NCBI GenBank assembly: GCA_964016885.1
Contig: OZ024740.1
Location: 138,260,001 to 138,324,000, forward strand
DNA: 64,000 nucleotides
Reading direction: 5' to 3'
Source of the DNA: Eledone cirrhosa
Taxonomy: Eukaryota
Position numbers and translations under genes: made by a program. This document shows, piece by piece, positions 1 through 13,700 of the stretch; position 1 is the stretch's first letter, and each line of letters begins with the position of its first letter. The notes beneath the pieces are model-generated. The model made no database searches, was not told the DNA's origin, and saw nothing but the letters and a program-made list of their open reading frames with translations.

Positions 1-3000
1 CTCCAATTCTCTCTTTCTCTTATCACTTTTCTCTCAATCTCCATTTCTCTCTTTCTCTTATCACTTTTCTCTCAATCTCCAATTCTCTCTTTCTCTCATC
101 ACTTTTCTCTCAATCTCCAATTCTCTCTTTCTCTTATCACTTTTCTCTCAATCTCCAATTCTCTCTTTCTCTTATCACTTCTCTCTCGATCTCCAATTCT
201 CTCTTTCTCTGATCACTTTTCTCTCAATCTCCAATTCTCTCTTTCTCTTATCACTTTTCTCTCAATCTCCAATTCTCTCTTTCTCTTATCACTTTTCTCT
301 CAATCTCCAATTCTCTCTTTCTCTTATCACTTCTCTCTCGATCTCCAATTCTCTCTTTCTTTGATCACTTTTCTCTCAATCTCCAATTCTCTCTTTCTCT
401 TATCACTTTTCTCTCAATCTCCAATTCTCTCTTTCTCTTATCACTTTTCTCCCAATCTCCAATTCTCTCTGTTTCTTATCACTTTTCTCTCAATCTCCAA
501 TTCTCTCTTTCTCTTATCACTTTTCTCTCAATACCCAATTCTCTCTTTCTCTTATCACTTTTCTCTTAATCTCCAATTCTCTCTTTCTCTTATCACTTTT
601 CTCCCATTCTCCAATTCTCTCTGTTTCTTATCACTTTTCTCTCAATCTCCAATTCTCTCTTTCTCTTATCACTTTTCTCTCAATCTCCAATTCTCTCTTT
701 CTCTTATCACTTTTCTCTCAATCTCCAATTCTCTCTTTCTCTTATCACTTTTCTCTTAATCTCCAATTCTCTCTTTCTCTTATCACTTTTCTCCCACCTC
801 CAATTCTCTCTGTTTCTTATCACTTTTCTCTCAATCTCCAATTCTCTCTTTCTCTTATCACTTTTCTCTCAATCTCCAATTCTCTCTTTTTCCTATCACT
901 TTGCCTTCAATGTCCAATTCTCTCTTTCTCTTATCACTTTTCTCTCAATCTCCAATCCTCTCTTTCTCTTATCACTTTTCTCTCAATCTCCAAATCTTTC
1001 TGTTTCTTATCACTTTTCTCTCAATCTCCAATTCTCTCTCCCTGTTATCACTTTCCCCCCCAATCTCCCATTCTCTCTCTCTCATATCACTTTTCTCTCA
1101 ATCGCCAATTTTCTCTTTCTCTTATCACATTTCTCTCAATCTCCACTTCTCTCTTTCTCTTATCACTTTTCTCTCAACCTCCCATTCTCTCTTTCTCTTA
1201 TGACTTTTCTCTCAATCACCAATTCTCTCTGTCTCTTATCACTTTTCTCTCAATCACCAATTCTCTCTTTCTCTTATCACTTTTCCCTCAATCTCCAATT
1301 CTCTCTTTCTCTTATCACTTTTCTCTCAATCTCCAATTCTCTCTTTCTCTTATCACTCTTCTCTCAATCTCCAATTCTCTCTTTCTCTTATCACTTTTCT
1401 CTCAATCTCCAATTCTCCCTCTCTCTTATCACTTTTCTCTCACTCTCCAATACTCTCTTTTTCTTATCACTTTTCTCTCAATCTCTAATTCTCTCTGTTT
1501 CTTATCACTTTTCTCTCAATCTCATATTCTCTCTTTCTCTTATTACTTTTCTCTCAATCTCCAATTCTCTCTTTCTCATATCACTTTTCTCTCAATCTCC
1601 AATTTTCTCTTTCTCTTATCACATTTCTCTCAATCTCCACTTCTCTCTTTCTCTTATCACTTTTCTCTCAACCTCCCATTCTCTCTTTCTCTTATCACTT
1701 TTCTCTCAATCACCAATTCTCTCTGTCTCTTATCACTTTTCTCTCAATCACCAATTCTCTCTGTCTCATATCACTTTTCTCTCAATCTCCAAATCTCTCT
1801 TTCTCTTATCACTCTTCTCTCAATCTCCAATTCTCTCTTTCTCTTATCACTTTTCTCTCAATCTCCAATTCTCTCTTACTCTTATCACTTTTCTCTCAAT
1901 CTCCAATTCTCTCTTTCTCTCATCACTTTTCTCTCAATCTCCAATTCTCTCTTTCTCTTATCACTTTTCTCTCAATCTCCAATTCTCTCTTTCTCTTATC
2001 ACTTTTCTCTCAATCTCCAATTCTCTCTTTCTCTTATCACTTTTCTCTCAATCTCCAATTCTCCCTTTCTCTTATCACTTTTCTCTCAATCTCCAATTCT
2101 CTCTTTTTCTTATCACTTTTCTCTCAATCTCTAATTCTCTCTGTTTCTTATCACTTTTCTCTCAATCTCCAATTCTCTCTTTCTCTTATTACATTTCTCT
2201 CAATCTCCAATTCTCTCTTTCTCATATCACTTTTCTCTCAATCTCCAATTTTCTCTTTCTCTTATCACATTTCTCTCAATCTCCACTTCTCTCTTTCTCT
2301 TATCACTTTTCACTCAACCTCCCATTCTCTCTTTCTCTTATGACTTTTCTCTCAATAACCAATTCTCTGTGTCTCTTATCACTTTTCGCTCAATCTCCAA
2401 TTCTCTCTTTCTCTTATCACTTTTCTCTCAATCTCCAATTCTCTCTTTCTCTTATCACTTTTCCCTCAATCTCCAATTCTCTCTTTCTCTTATCACTTTT
2501 CTCTCAATCACCAATTCTCTCTGTCTCTGATCACTTTACACTCAATCTCCAATTCTCTCTTTCTCTTATCACTTTTCTCTCAATCTCCAATTCTCTCTTA
2601 CTCTTATCACTTTTCTCTCAATCTCCAATTCTCTCTTTCTCTCATCACTTTTCTCTCAATCTCCAATTCTCTTTTTCTCTTATCACTTTTCTCTCAATCT
2701 CCAATTCTCTTTTTCTCTTATCACTTTTCTCTCAATCTCCAATTCTCTCTTTCTCTTATCACTTTTCTCTCAATCTCCATTTCTCTCTTTCTCTTATCAC
2801 TTTTCTCTCAATCTGCAATTCTCTCTTTCTCTCATCACTTTTCTCACAATCTCCAATTCTCTCTTTCTCTTATCACTTTTCTCTCAATCTCCAATTTTCT
2901 CTTTCTCTTATCACATTTCTCTCAGTATCCACTTCTCTCTTTCTCTTATCACTTTTCTCTCAACCTCCCATTCTCTCTTTCTCTTATGACTTTTCTCTCA

Positions 3001-4500
3001 ATCACCAATTCTCTCTGTCTCTTATCACTTTTCTCTCAATCACCAATTCTCTCTGTCTCGTATCACTTTTCTCTCAATCTCCAAACCTCTCTTTCTCTTA
3101 TCACTTTTCTCTCAATCTCCAATTCTCTCTTTCTCTCATCACTTTTCTCTCAATCTCCAATTCTCTTTTTCTCTTATCACTTTTCTCTCAATCTCCAATT
3201 CTCTTTTTCTCTTATCACTTTTCTCTCAATCTCCAATTCTCTCTTTCTCTTATCACTTTTCTCTCAATCTCCATTTCTCTCTTTCTCTTATCACTTTTCT
3301 CTCAATCTCCAATTCTCTCTTTCTCTCATCACTTTTCTCTCAATCTCCAATTCTCTCTTTCTCTTATCACTTTTCTCTCAATCTCCAATTCTCTCTTTCT
3401 CTTATCACTTCTCTCTCGATCTCCAATTCTCTCTTTCTCTGATCACTTTTCTCTCAATCTCCAATTCTCTCTTTCTCTTATCACTTTTCTCTCAATCTCC
3501 AATTCTCTCTTTCTCTTATCACTTTTCTCTCAATCTCCAATTCTCTCTTTCTCTTATCACTTCTCTCTCGATCTCCAATTCTCTCTTTCTTTGATCACTT
3601 TTCTCTCAATCTCCAATTCTCTCTTTCTCTTATCACTTTTCTCTCAATCTCCAATTCTCTCTTTCTCTTATCACTTTTCTCCCAATCTCCAATTCTCTCT
3701 GTTTCTTATCACTTTTCTCTCAATCTCCAATTCTCTCTTTCTCTTATCACTTTTCTCTCAATACCCAATTCTCTCTTTCTCTTATCACTTTTCTCTTAAT
3801 CTCCAATTCTCTCTTTCTCTTATCACTTTTCTCCCATTCTCCAATTCTCTCTGTTTCTTATCACTTTTCTCTCAATCTCCAATTCTCTCTTTCTCTTATC
3901 ACTTTTCTCTCAATCTCCAATTCTCTCTTTCTCTTATCACTTTTCTCTCAATCTCCAATTCTCTCTTTCTCTTATCACTTTTCTCTTAATCTCCAATTCT
4001 CTCTTTCTCTTATCACTTTTCTCCCACCTCCAATTCTCTCTGTTTCTTATCACTTTTCTCTCAATCTCCAATTCTCTCTTTCTCTTATCACTTTTCTCTC
4101 AATCTCCAATTCTCTCTTTTTCCTATCACTTTGCCTTCAATGTCCAATTCTCTCTTTCTCTTATCACTTTTCTCTCAATCTCCAATCCTCTCTTTCTCTT
4201 ATCACTTTTCTCTCAATCTCCAAATCTTTCTGTTTCTTATCACTTTTCTCTCAATCTCCAATTCTCTCTCCCTGTTATCACTTTCCCCCCCAATCTCCCA
4301 TTCTCTCTCTCTCATATCACTTTTCTCTCAATCGCCAATTTTCTCTTTCTCTTATCACATTTCTCTCAATCTCCACTTCTCTCTTTCTCTTATCACTTTT
4401 CTCTCAACCTCCCATTCTCTCTTTCTCTTATGACTTTTCTCTCAATCACCAATTCTCTCTGTCTCTTATCACTTTTCTCTCAATCACCAATTCTCTCTTT
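1..4500 (+). repeat. Higher-order block duplication, offset 3,230 bp (85 monomers): ~1-1270 repeated at ~3231-4500
   Basis: Same order of variants (ccattt, cgatc, ttgatc, atacc, cccacc, ttgccttcaatgtcc). ORF starts 901/4131 and 1200/4430 both differ by 3,230. Confidence 0.85.
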
Positions 4501-4739
4501 CTCTGATCACTCTTCTCTCAATCTCCAATTCTCTCTTTCTCTTATCACTTTTCTCTCAATCTCCAATTCTCTCTTACTCTTATCACTTTTCTCTCAATCT
4601 CCAATTCTCTCTTTCTCTCATCACTTTTCTCTCAATCTCCAATTCTCTCTTTCTCTTATCACTTTTCTCTCAATCTCCAATTCTCTCTTTCTCTTATCAC
4701 TTTTCTCTCAATCTCCAATTCTCTCTTTCTCTTATCACT

Positions 4740-7700
4740 TTTCTCTCAATCTCCAATTCTCCCTTTCTCTTATCACTTTTCTCTCAATCTCCAATTCTCT
4801 CTTTTTCTTATCACTTTTCTCTCAATCTCTAATTCTCTCTGTTTCTTATCACTTTTCTCTCAATCTCCAATTCTCTCTTTCTCTTATTACATTTCTCTCA
4901 ATCTCCAATTCTCTCTTTCTCATATCACTTTTCTCTCAATCTCCAATTTTCTCTTTCTCTTATCACATTTCTCTCAATCTCCACTTCTCTCTTTCTCTTA
5001 TCACTTTTCACTCAACCTCCCATTCTCTCTTTCTCTTATGACTTTTCTCTCAATAACCAATTCTCTGTGTCTCTTATCACTTTTCGCTCAATCTCCAATT
5101 CTCTCTTTCTCTTATCACTTTTCTCTCAATCTCCAATTCTCTCTTTCTCTTATCACTTTTCCCTCAATCTCCAATTCTCTCTTTCTCTTATCACTTTTCT
5201 CTCAATCACCAATTCTCTCTGTCTCTGATCACTTTACACTCAATCTCCAATTCTCTCTTTATCTTATCACTTTTCTCTCAATCTCCAATTCTCTCTTACT
5301 CTTATCACTTTTCTCTCAATCTCCAATTCTCTCTTTCTCTCATCACTTTTCTCTCAATCTCCAATTCTCTTTTTCTCTTATCACTTTTCTCTCAATCTCC
5401 AATTCTCTTTTTCTCTTATCACTTTTCTCTCAATCTCCAATTCTCTCTTTCTCTTATCACTTTTCTCTCAATCTCCATTTCTCTCTTTCTCTTATCACTT
5501 TTCTCTCAATCTGCAATTCTCTCTTTCTCTCATCACTTTTCTCACAATCTCCAATTCTCTCTTTCTCTTATCACTTTTCTCTCAATCTCCAATTTTCTCT
5601 TTCTCTTATCACATTTCTCTCAGTATCCACTTCTCTCTTTCTCTTATCACTTTTCTCTCAACCTCCCATTCTCTCTTTCTCTTATGACTTTTCTCTCAAT
5701 CACCAATTCTCTCTGTCTCTTATCACTTTTCTCTCAATCACCAATTCTCTCTGTCTCATATCACTTTTCTCTCAATCTCCAAACCTCTCTTTCTCTTATC
5801 ACTTTTCTCTCAATCTCCAATTCTCTCTTTCTCTCATCACTTTTCTCTCAATCTCCAATTCTCTTTTTCTCTTATCACTTTTCTCTCAATCTCCAATTCT
5901 CTTTTTCTCTTATCACTTTTCTCTCAATCTCCAATTCTCTCTTTCTCTTATCACTTTTCTCTCAATCTCCATTTCTCTCTTTCTCTTATCACTTTTCTCT
6001 CAATCTCCAATTCTCTCTTTCTCTCATCACTTTTCTCTCAATCTCCAATTCTCTCTTTCTCTTATCACTTTTCTCTCAATCTCCAATTCTCTCTTTCTCT
6101 TATCACTTCTCTCTCGATCTCCAATTCTCTCTTTCTCTGATCACTTTTCTCTCAATCTCCAATTCTCTCTTTCTCTTATCACTTTTCTCTCAATCTCCAA
6201 TTCTCTCTTTCTCTTATCACTTTTCTCTCAATCTCCAATTCTCTCTTTCTCTTATCACTTCTCTCTCGATCTCCAATTCTCTCTTTCTTTGATCACTTTT
6301 CTCTCAATCTCCAATTCTCTCTTTCTCTTATCACTTTTCTCTCAATCTCCAATTCTCTCTTTCTCTTATCACTTTTCTCCCAATCTCCAATTCTCTCTGT
6401 TTCTTATCACTTTTCTCTCAATCTCCAATTCTCTCTTTCTCTTATCACTTTTCTCTCAATACCCAATTCTCTCTTTCTCTTATCACTTTTCTCTTAATCT
6501 CCAATTCTCTCTTTCTCTTATCACTTTTCTCCCATTCTCCAATTCTCTCTGTTTCTTATCACTTTTCTCTCAATCTCCAATTCTCTCTTTCTCTTATCAC
6601 TTTTCTCTCAATCTCCAATTCTCTCTTTCTCTTATCACTTTTCTCTCAATCTCCAATTCTCTCTTTCTCTTATCACTTTTCTCTTAATCTCCAATTCTCT
6701 CTTTCTCTTATCACTTTTCTCCCACCTCCAATTCTCTCTGTTTCTTATCACTTTTCTCTCAATCTCCAATTCTCTCTTTCTCTTATCACTTTTCTCTCAA
6801 TCTCCAATTCTCTCTTTTTCCTATCACTTTGCCTTCAATGTCCAATTCTCTCTTTCTCTTATCACTTTTCTCTCAATCTCCAATCCTCTCTTTCTCTTAT
6901 CACTTTTCTCTCAATCTCCAAATCTTTCTGTTTCTTATCACTTTTCTCTCAATCTCCAATTCTCTCTCCCTGTTATCACTTTCCCCCCCAATCTCCCATT
7001 CTCTCTCTCTCATATCACTTTTCTCTCAATCGCCAATTTTCTCTTTCTCTTATCACATTTCTCTCAATCTCCACTTCTCTCTTTCTCTTATCACTTTTCT
7101 CTCAACCTCCCATTCTCTCTTTCTCTTATGACTTTTCTCTCAATCACCAATTCTCTCTGTCTCTTATCACTTTTCTCTCAATCACCAATTCTCTCTTTCT
7201 CTTATCACTTTTCCCTCAATCTCCAATTCTCTCTTTCTCTTATCACTTTTCTCTCAATCTCCAATTCTCTCTTTCTCTTATCACTCTTCTCTCAATCTCC
7301 AATTCTCTCTTTCTCTTATCACTTTTCTCTCAATCTCCAATTCTCCCTCTCTCTTATCACTTTTCTCTCACTCTCCAATACTCTCTTTTTCTTATCACTT
7401 TTCTCTCAATCTCTAATTCTCTCTGTTTCTTATCACTTTTCTCTCAATCTCATATTCTCTCTTTCTCTTATTACTTTTCTCTCAATCTCCAATTCTCTCT
7501 TTCTCATATCACTTTTCTCTCAATCTCCAATTTTCTCTTTCTCTTATCACATTTCTCTCAATCTCCACTTCTCTCTTTCTCTTATCACTTTTCTCTCAAC
7601 CTCCCATTCTCTCTTTCTCTTATCACTTTTCTCTCAATCACCAATTCTCTCTGTCTCTTATCACTTTTCTCTCAATCACCAATTCTCTCTGTCTCATATC

Positions 7701-10700
7701 ACTTTTCTCTCAATCTCCAAATCTCTCTTTCTCTTATCACTCTTCTCTCAATCTCCAATTCTCTCTTTCTCTTATCACTTTTCTCTCAATCTCCAATTCT
7801 CTCTTACTCTTATCACTTTTCTCTCAATCTCCAATTCTCTCTTTCTCTCATCACTTTTCTCTCAATCTCCAATTCTCTCTTTCTCTTATCACTTTTCTCT
7901 CAATCTCCAATTCTCTCTTTCTCTTATCACTTTTCTCTCAATCTCCAATTCTCTCTTTCTCTTATCACTTTTCTCTCAATCTCCAATTCTCCCTTTCTCT
8001 TATCACTTTTCTCTCAATCTCCAATTCTCTCTTTTTCTTATCACTTTTCTCTCAATCTCTAATTCTCTCTGTTTCTTATCACTTTTCTCTCAATCTCCAA
8101 TTCTCTCTTTCTCTTATTACATTTCTCTCAATCTCCAATTCTCTCTTTCTCATATCACTTTTCTCTCAATCTCCAATTTTCTCTTTCTCTTATCACATTT
8201 CTCTCAATCTCCACTTCTCTCTTTCTCTTATCACTTTTCACTCAACCTCCCATTCTCTCTTTCTCTTATGACTTTTCTCTCAATAACCAATTCTCTGTGT
8301 CTCTTATCACTTTTCGCTCAATCTCCAATTCTCTCTTTCTCTTATCACTTTTCTCTCAATCTCCAATTCTCTCTTTCTCTTATCACTTTTCCCTCAATCT
8401 CCAATTCTCTCTTTCTCTTATCACTTTTCTCTCAATCACCAATTCTCTCTGTCTCTGATCACTTTACACTCAATCTCCAATTCTCTCTTTCTCTTATCAC
8501 TTTTCTCTCAATCTCCAATTCTCTCTTACTCTTATCACTTTTCTCTCAATCTCCAATTCTCTCTTTCTCTCATCACTTTTCTCTCAATCTCCAATTCTCT
8601 TTTTCTCTTATCACTTTTCTCTCAATCTCCAATTCTCTCTTTCTCTTATCACTTTTCTCTCAATCTCCATTTCTCTCTTTCTCTTATCACTTTTCTCTCA
8701 ATCTCCAATTCTCTCTTTCTCTTATCACTTTTCTCTCAATCTCCAATTCTCTCTTTCTCTTATCACTTCTCTCTCGATCTCCAATTCTCTCTTTCTTTGA
8801 TCACTTTTCTCTCAATCTCCAATTCTCTCTTTCTCTTATCACTTTTCTCTCAATCTCCAATTCTCTCTTTCTCTTATCACTTTTCTCCCAATCTCCAATT
8901 CTCTCTGTTTCTTATCACTTTTCTCTCAATCTCCAATTCTCTCTTTCTCTTATCACTTTTCTCTCAATATCCAATTCTCTCTTTCTCTTATCACTTTTCT
9001 CTTAATCTCCAATTCTCTCTTTCTCTTATCACTTTTCTCCCATTCTCCAATTCTCTCTGTTTCTTATCACTTTTCTCTCAATCTCCAATTCTCTCTTTCT
9101 CTTATCACTTTTCTCTCAATCTCCAATTCTCTCTTTCTCTTATCACTTTTCTCTCAATCTCCAATTCTCTCTTTCTCTTATCACTTTTCTCCCACCTCCA
9201 ATTCTCTCTGTTTCTTATCACTTTTCTCTCAATCTCCAATTCTCTCTTTCTCTTATCACTTTTCTCTCAATCTCCAATTCTCTCTTTTTCCTATCACTTT
9301 GCCTTCAATGTCCAATTCTCTCTTTCTCTTATCACTTTTCTCTCAATCTCCAATCCTCTCTTTCTCTTATCACTTTTCTCTCAATCTCCAAATCTTTCTG
9401 TTTCTTATCACTTTTCTCTCAATCTCCAATTCTCTCTCCCTGTTATCACTTTCCCCCCCAATCTCCCATTCTCTCTCTCTCATATCACTTTTCTCTCAAT
9501 CGCCAATTTTCTCTTTCTCTTATCACATTTCTCTCAATCTCCACTTCTCTCTTTCTCTTATCACTTTTCTCTCAACCTCCCATTCTCTCTTTCTCTTATG
9601 ACTTTTCTCTCAATCACCAATTCTCTCTGTCTCTTATCACTTTTCTCTCAATCACCAATTCTCTCTTTCTCTTATCACTTTTCCCTCAATCTCCAATTCT
9701 CTCTTTCTCTTATCACTTTTCTCTCAATCTCCAATTCTCTCTTTCTCTTATCACTCTTCTCTCAATCTCCAATTCTCTCTTTCTCTTATCACTTTTCTCT
9801 CAATCTCCAATTCTCCCTCTCTCTTATCACTTTTCTCTCACTCTCCAATACTCTCTTTTTCTTATCACTTTTCTCTCAATCTCTAATTCTCTCTGTTTCT
9901 TATCACTTTTCTCTCAATCTCATATTCTCTCTTTCTCTTATTACTTTTCTCTCAATCTCCAATTCTCTCTTTCTCATATCACTTTTCTCTCAATCTCCAA
10001 TTTTCTCTTTCTCTTATCACATTTCTCTCAATCTCCACTTCTCTCTTTCTCTTATCACTTTTCTCTCAACCTCCCATTCTCTCTTTCTCTTATCACTTTT
10101 CTCTCAATCACCAATTCTCTCTGTCTCTTATCACTTTTCTCTCAATCACCAATTCTCTCTGTCTCATATCACTTTTCTCTCAATCTCCAATTCTCCCTTT
10201 CTCTTATCACTTTTCTCTCAATCTCCAATTCTCTCTTTTTCTTATCACTTTTCTCTCAATCTCTAATTCTCTCTGTTTCTTATCACTTTTCTCTCAATCT
10301 CCAATTCTCTCTTTCTCTTATTACATTTCTCTCAATCTCCAATTCTCTCTTTCTCATATCACTTTTCTCTCAATCTCCAATTTTCTCTTTCTCTTATCAC
10401 ATTTCTCTCAATCTCCACTTCTCTCTTTCTCTTATCACTTTTCACTCAACCTCCCATTCTCTCTTTCTCTTATGACTTTTCTCTCAATAACCAATTCTCT
10501 GTGTCTCTTATCACTTTTCGCTCAATCTCCAATTCTCTCTTTCTCTTATCACTTTTCTCTCAATCTCCAATTCTCTCTTTCTCTTATCACTTTTCCCTCA
10601 ATCTCCAATTCTCTCTTTCTCTTATCACTTTTCTCTCAATCACCAATTCTCTCTGTCTCTGATCACTTTACACTCAATCTCCAATTCTCTCTTTATCTTA

Positions 10701-13700
10701 TCACTTTTCTCTCAATCTCCAATTCTCTCTTACTCTTATCACTTTTCTCTCAATCTCCAATTCTCTCTTTCTCTCATCACTTTTCTCTCAATCTCCAATT
10801 CTCTTTTTCTCTTATCACTTTTCTCTCAATCTCCAATTCTCTTTTTCTCTTATCACTTTTCTCTCAATCTCCAATTCTCTCTTTCTCTTATCACTTTTCT
10901 CTCAATCTCCATTTCTCTCTTTCTCTTATCACTTTTCTCTCAATCTGCAATTCTCTCTTTCTCTCATCACTTTTCTCACAATCTCCAATTCTCTCTTTCT
11001 CTTATCACTTTTCTCTCAATCTCCAATTTTCTCTTTCTCTTATCACATTTCTCTCAGTATCCACTTCTCTCTTTCTCTTATCACTTTTCTCTCAACCTCC
11101 CATTCTCTCTTTCTCTTATGACTTTTCTCTCAATCACCAATTCTCTCTGTCTCTTATCACTTTTCTCTCAATCACCAATTCTCTCTGTCTCATATCACTT
11201 TTCTCTCAATCTCCAAACCTCTCTTTCTCTTATCACTTTTCTCTCAATCTCCAATTCTCTCTTTCTCTCATCACTTTTCTCTCAATCTCCAATTCTCTTT
11301 TTCTCTTATCACTTTTCTCTCAATCTCCAATTCTCTTTTTCTCTTATCACTTTTCTCTCAATCTCCAATTCTCTCTTTCTCTTATCACTTTTCTCTCAAT
11401 CTCCATTTCTCTCTTTCTCTTATCACTTTTCTCTCAATCTCCAATTCTCTCTTTCTCTCATCACTTTTCTCTCAATCTCCAATTCTCTCTTTCTCTTATC
11501 ACTTTTCTCTCAATCTCCAATTCTCTCTTTCTCTTATCACTTCTCTCTCGATCTCCAATTCTCTCTTTCTCTGATCACTTTTCTCTCAATCTCCAATTCT
11601 CTCTTTCTCTTATCACTTTTCTCTCAATCTCCAATTCTCTCTTTCTCTTATCACTTTTCTCTCAATCTCCAATTCTCTCTTTCTCTTATCACTTCTCTCT
11701 CGATCTCCAATTCTCTCTTTCTTTGATCACTTTTCTCTCAATCTCCAATTCTCTCTTTCTCTTATCACTTTTCTCTCAATCTCCAATTCTCTCTTTCTCT
11801 TATCACTTTTCTCCCAATCTCCAATTCTCTCTGTTTCTTATCACTTTTCTCTCAATCTCCAATTCTCTCTTTCTCTTATCACTTTTCTCTCAATACCCAA
11901 TTCTCTCTTTCTCTTATCACTTTTCTCTTAATCTCCAATTCTCTCTTTCTCTTATCACTTTTCTCCCATTCTCCAATTCTCTCTGTTTCTTATCACTTTT
12001 CTCTCAATCTCCAATTCTCTCTTTCTCTTATCACTTTTCTCTCAATCTCCAATTCTCTCTTTCTCTTATCACTTTTCTCTCAATCTCCAATTCTCTCTTT
12101 CTCTTATCACTTTTCTCTTAATCTCCAATTCTCTCTTTCTCTTATCACTTTTCTCCCACCTCCAATTCTCTCTGTTTCTTATCACTTTTCTCTCAATCTC
12201 CAATTCTCTCTTTCTCTTATCACTTTTCTCTCAATCTCCAATTCTCTCTTTTTCCTATCACTTTGCCTTCAATGTCCAATTCTCTCTTTCTCTTATCACT
12301 TTTCTCTCAATCTCCAATCCTCTCTTTCTCTTATCACTTTTCTCTCAATCTCCAAATCTTTCTGTTTCTTATCACTTTTCTCTCAATCTCCAATTCTCTC
12401 TCCCTGTTATCACTTTCCCCCCCAATCTCCCATTCTCTCTCTCTCATATCACTTTTCTCTCAATCGCCAATTTTCTCTTTCTCTTATCACATTTCTCTCA
12501 ATCTCCACTTCTCTCTTTCTCTTATCACTTTTCTCTCAACCTCCCATTCTCTCTTTCTCTTATGACTTTTCTCTCAATCACCAATTCTCTCTGTCTCTTA
12601 TCACTTTTCTCTCAATCACCAATTCTCTCTTTCTCTTATCACTTTTCCCTCAATCTCCAATTCTCTCTTTCTCTTATCACTTTTCTCTCAATCTCCAATT
12701 CTCTCTTTCTCTTATCACTCTTCTCTCAATCTCCAATTCTCTCTTTCTCTTATCACTTTTCTCTCAATCTCCAATTCTCCCTCTCTCTTATCACTTTTCT
12801 CTCACTCTCCAATACTCTCTTTTTCTTATCACTTTTCTCTCAATCTCTAATTCTCTCTGTTTCTTATCACTTTTCTCTCAATCTCATATTCTCTCTTTCT
12901 CTTATTACTTTTCTCTCAATCTCCAATTCTCTCTTTCTCATATCACTTTTCTCTCAATCTCCAATTTTTTCTTTCTCTTATCACATTTCTCTCAATCTCC
13001 ACTTCTCTCTTTCTCTTATCACTTTTCTCTCAACCTCCCATTCTCTCTTTCTCTTATCACTTTTCTCTCAATCACCAATTCTCTCTGTCTCTTATCACTT
13101 TTCTCTCAATCACCAATTCTCTCTGTCTCATATCACTTTTCTCTCAATCTCCAAATCTCTCTTTCTCTTATCACTCTTCTCTCAATCTCCAATTCTCTCT
13201 TTCTCTTATCACTTTTCTCTCAATCTCCAATTCTCTCTTACTCTTATCACTTTTCTCTCAATCTCCAATTCTCTCTTTCTCTCATCACTTTTCTCTCAAT
13301 CTCCAATTCTCTCTTTCTCTTATCACTTTTCTCTCAATCTCCAATTCTCTCTTTCTCTTATCACTTTTCTCTCAATCTCCAATTCTCTCTTTCTCTTATC
13401 ACTTTTCTCTCAATCTCCAATTCTCCCTTTCTCTTATCACTTTTCTCTCAATCTCCAATTCTCTCTTTTTCTTATCACTTTTCTCTCAATCTCTAATTCT
13501 CTCTGTTTCTTATCACTTTTCTCTCAATCTCCAATTCTCTCTTTCTCTTATTACATTTCTCTCAATCTCCAATTCTCTCTTTCTCATATCACTTTTCTCT
13601 CAATCTCCAATTTTCTCTTTCTCTTATCACATTTCTCTCAATCTCCACTTCTCTCTTTCTCTTATCACTTTTCACTCAACCTCCCATTCTCTCTTTCTCT

